Assembly (NCBI GenBank): GCA_965215885.1
Contig: CBDCEW010000013.1
Span: forward strand, 1-37,494
DNA length: 37,494 nt
Reading direction: 5' to 3'
Origin: Candidatus Moanibacter sp.
GTDB taxonomy: Bacteria > Verrucomicrobiota > Verrucomicrobiia > Opitutales > UBA2987
In this document: piece after piece, positions 36,851 to 37,494 of the stretch
How the letters are laid out: the number at the start of each line of letters is the position of its first letter
Position numbering within the stretch: the stretch's first letter is position 1
Notes under the pieces: model-generated
Seen by the model: the letters and a program-made list of their open reading frames with translations, nothing else
What the model was told of the DNA's origin: nothing
Databases searched by the model: none
Program-made: the position numbers and the translations under genes

Positions 36851-37494
36851 AAGCTCCTTCCAGCAAGAAATATTTCAAATCCTTCACGTTACCTACGTGC
36901 TCAAGGAACTCGAGGTAGATTGCAGCGTCGTATTCATAAGAACGTAAGAGGCCGGTCTCAAAGACATCGGCTGGCACGAAATGAAATTCAGGGCAGGGTC
37001 GTTGGGCTTGCTTAATCCGTTCAACACTGAAATCAATACCCAGATACTTTTCAAGTCCCCTGTCACGAAGTAACGCTGCAAATTGTCCTGGGCCACAACC
37101 GATATCTAGAACTGAATGGGTCTTTGCGCGAGATATTGATCCGCCGAGATTTTATCAAGCGATACAGCTTCATTTTCAAGTAAGTAAAAATATGGGTGAG
37201 AAAATTTAGACAGTCTTTGGCTCTCGCGACCGTAAGTTGGCTCCCACTTTCTCTAAAGTCACGTTTCTGGCCTCGCCGAACCCAGGCCTTCTGTATAGGC
37301 ACTCCCAGATCCGGCACGACTTCCATTGCGGGCCTCTTTAGACCGGGATATCGATCAGCTCATGAAGCGGAGCGAAAAAATACGATAAATCTGGCCCAAT
37401 CAGTCCTGAACAGTCAACAGAATGATCACGCGGTCCGGAGCGAATTGAGAATAAGAGACAACCGGCTTTGGTTAGATATCGAATCTTCCAACAT
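36831..37494 (-). pseudogene. Degraded coding remnant of unknown family, runs off the window edge
   Basis: Short protein-like pieces in shifting frames (e.g. QFAPDRVIILLTVQD); no reliable family call. Confidence 0.25.

Overview
Bacterial chromosomal window; the TonB cluster layout and RAYT subtype suggest Verrucomicrobiota (inference only). It is a mosaic of short metabolic modules in alternating orientation: a DapA-family aldolase, an orphan xanthine-dehydrogenase-family Mo subunit, a Zn-dependent dehydrogenase, a six-gene TonB2-like energising operon, a D-2-hydroxyacid dehydrogenase beside a complete nickel-pincer (larEBC/larA) cluster, EVE, an HxlR/VOC pair, a hydantoinase/oxoprolinase A+B pair, an SDR, two sugar ABC permeases, an M48 peptidase and a Gfo/Idh/MocA oxidoreductase. 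The right end holds a decayed mobile-element nest: a REP-associated tyrosine transposase (RAYT) gene inside 17-19 bp inverted repeats, interrupted by an IS4 that is fused to an ISL3 remnant. The main unexplained structure is non-coding. At least five distinct families of small palindromic elements crowd the intergenic spaces. They include a TAGGAATCTGTCGG-ended MITE-like family found at six loci, four of them at stop codons, and GTAG-type REPs with compensatory stem changes. Several genes carry frameshifts or in-frame stops, which could be real decay or long-read error. No rRNA, tRNA, CRISPR array or integron was seen. All family calls come from motif recognition, not database searches.
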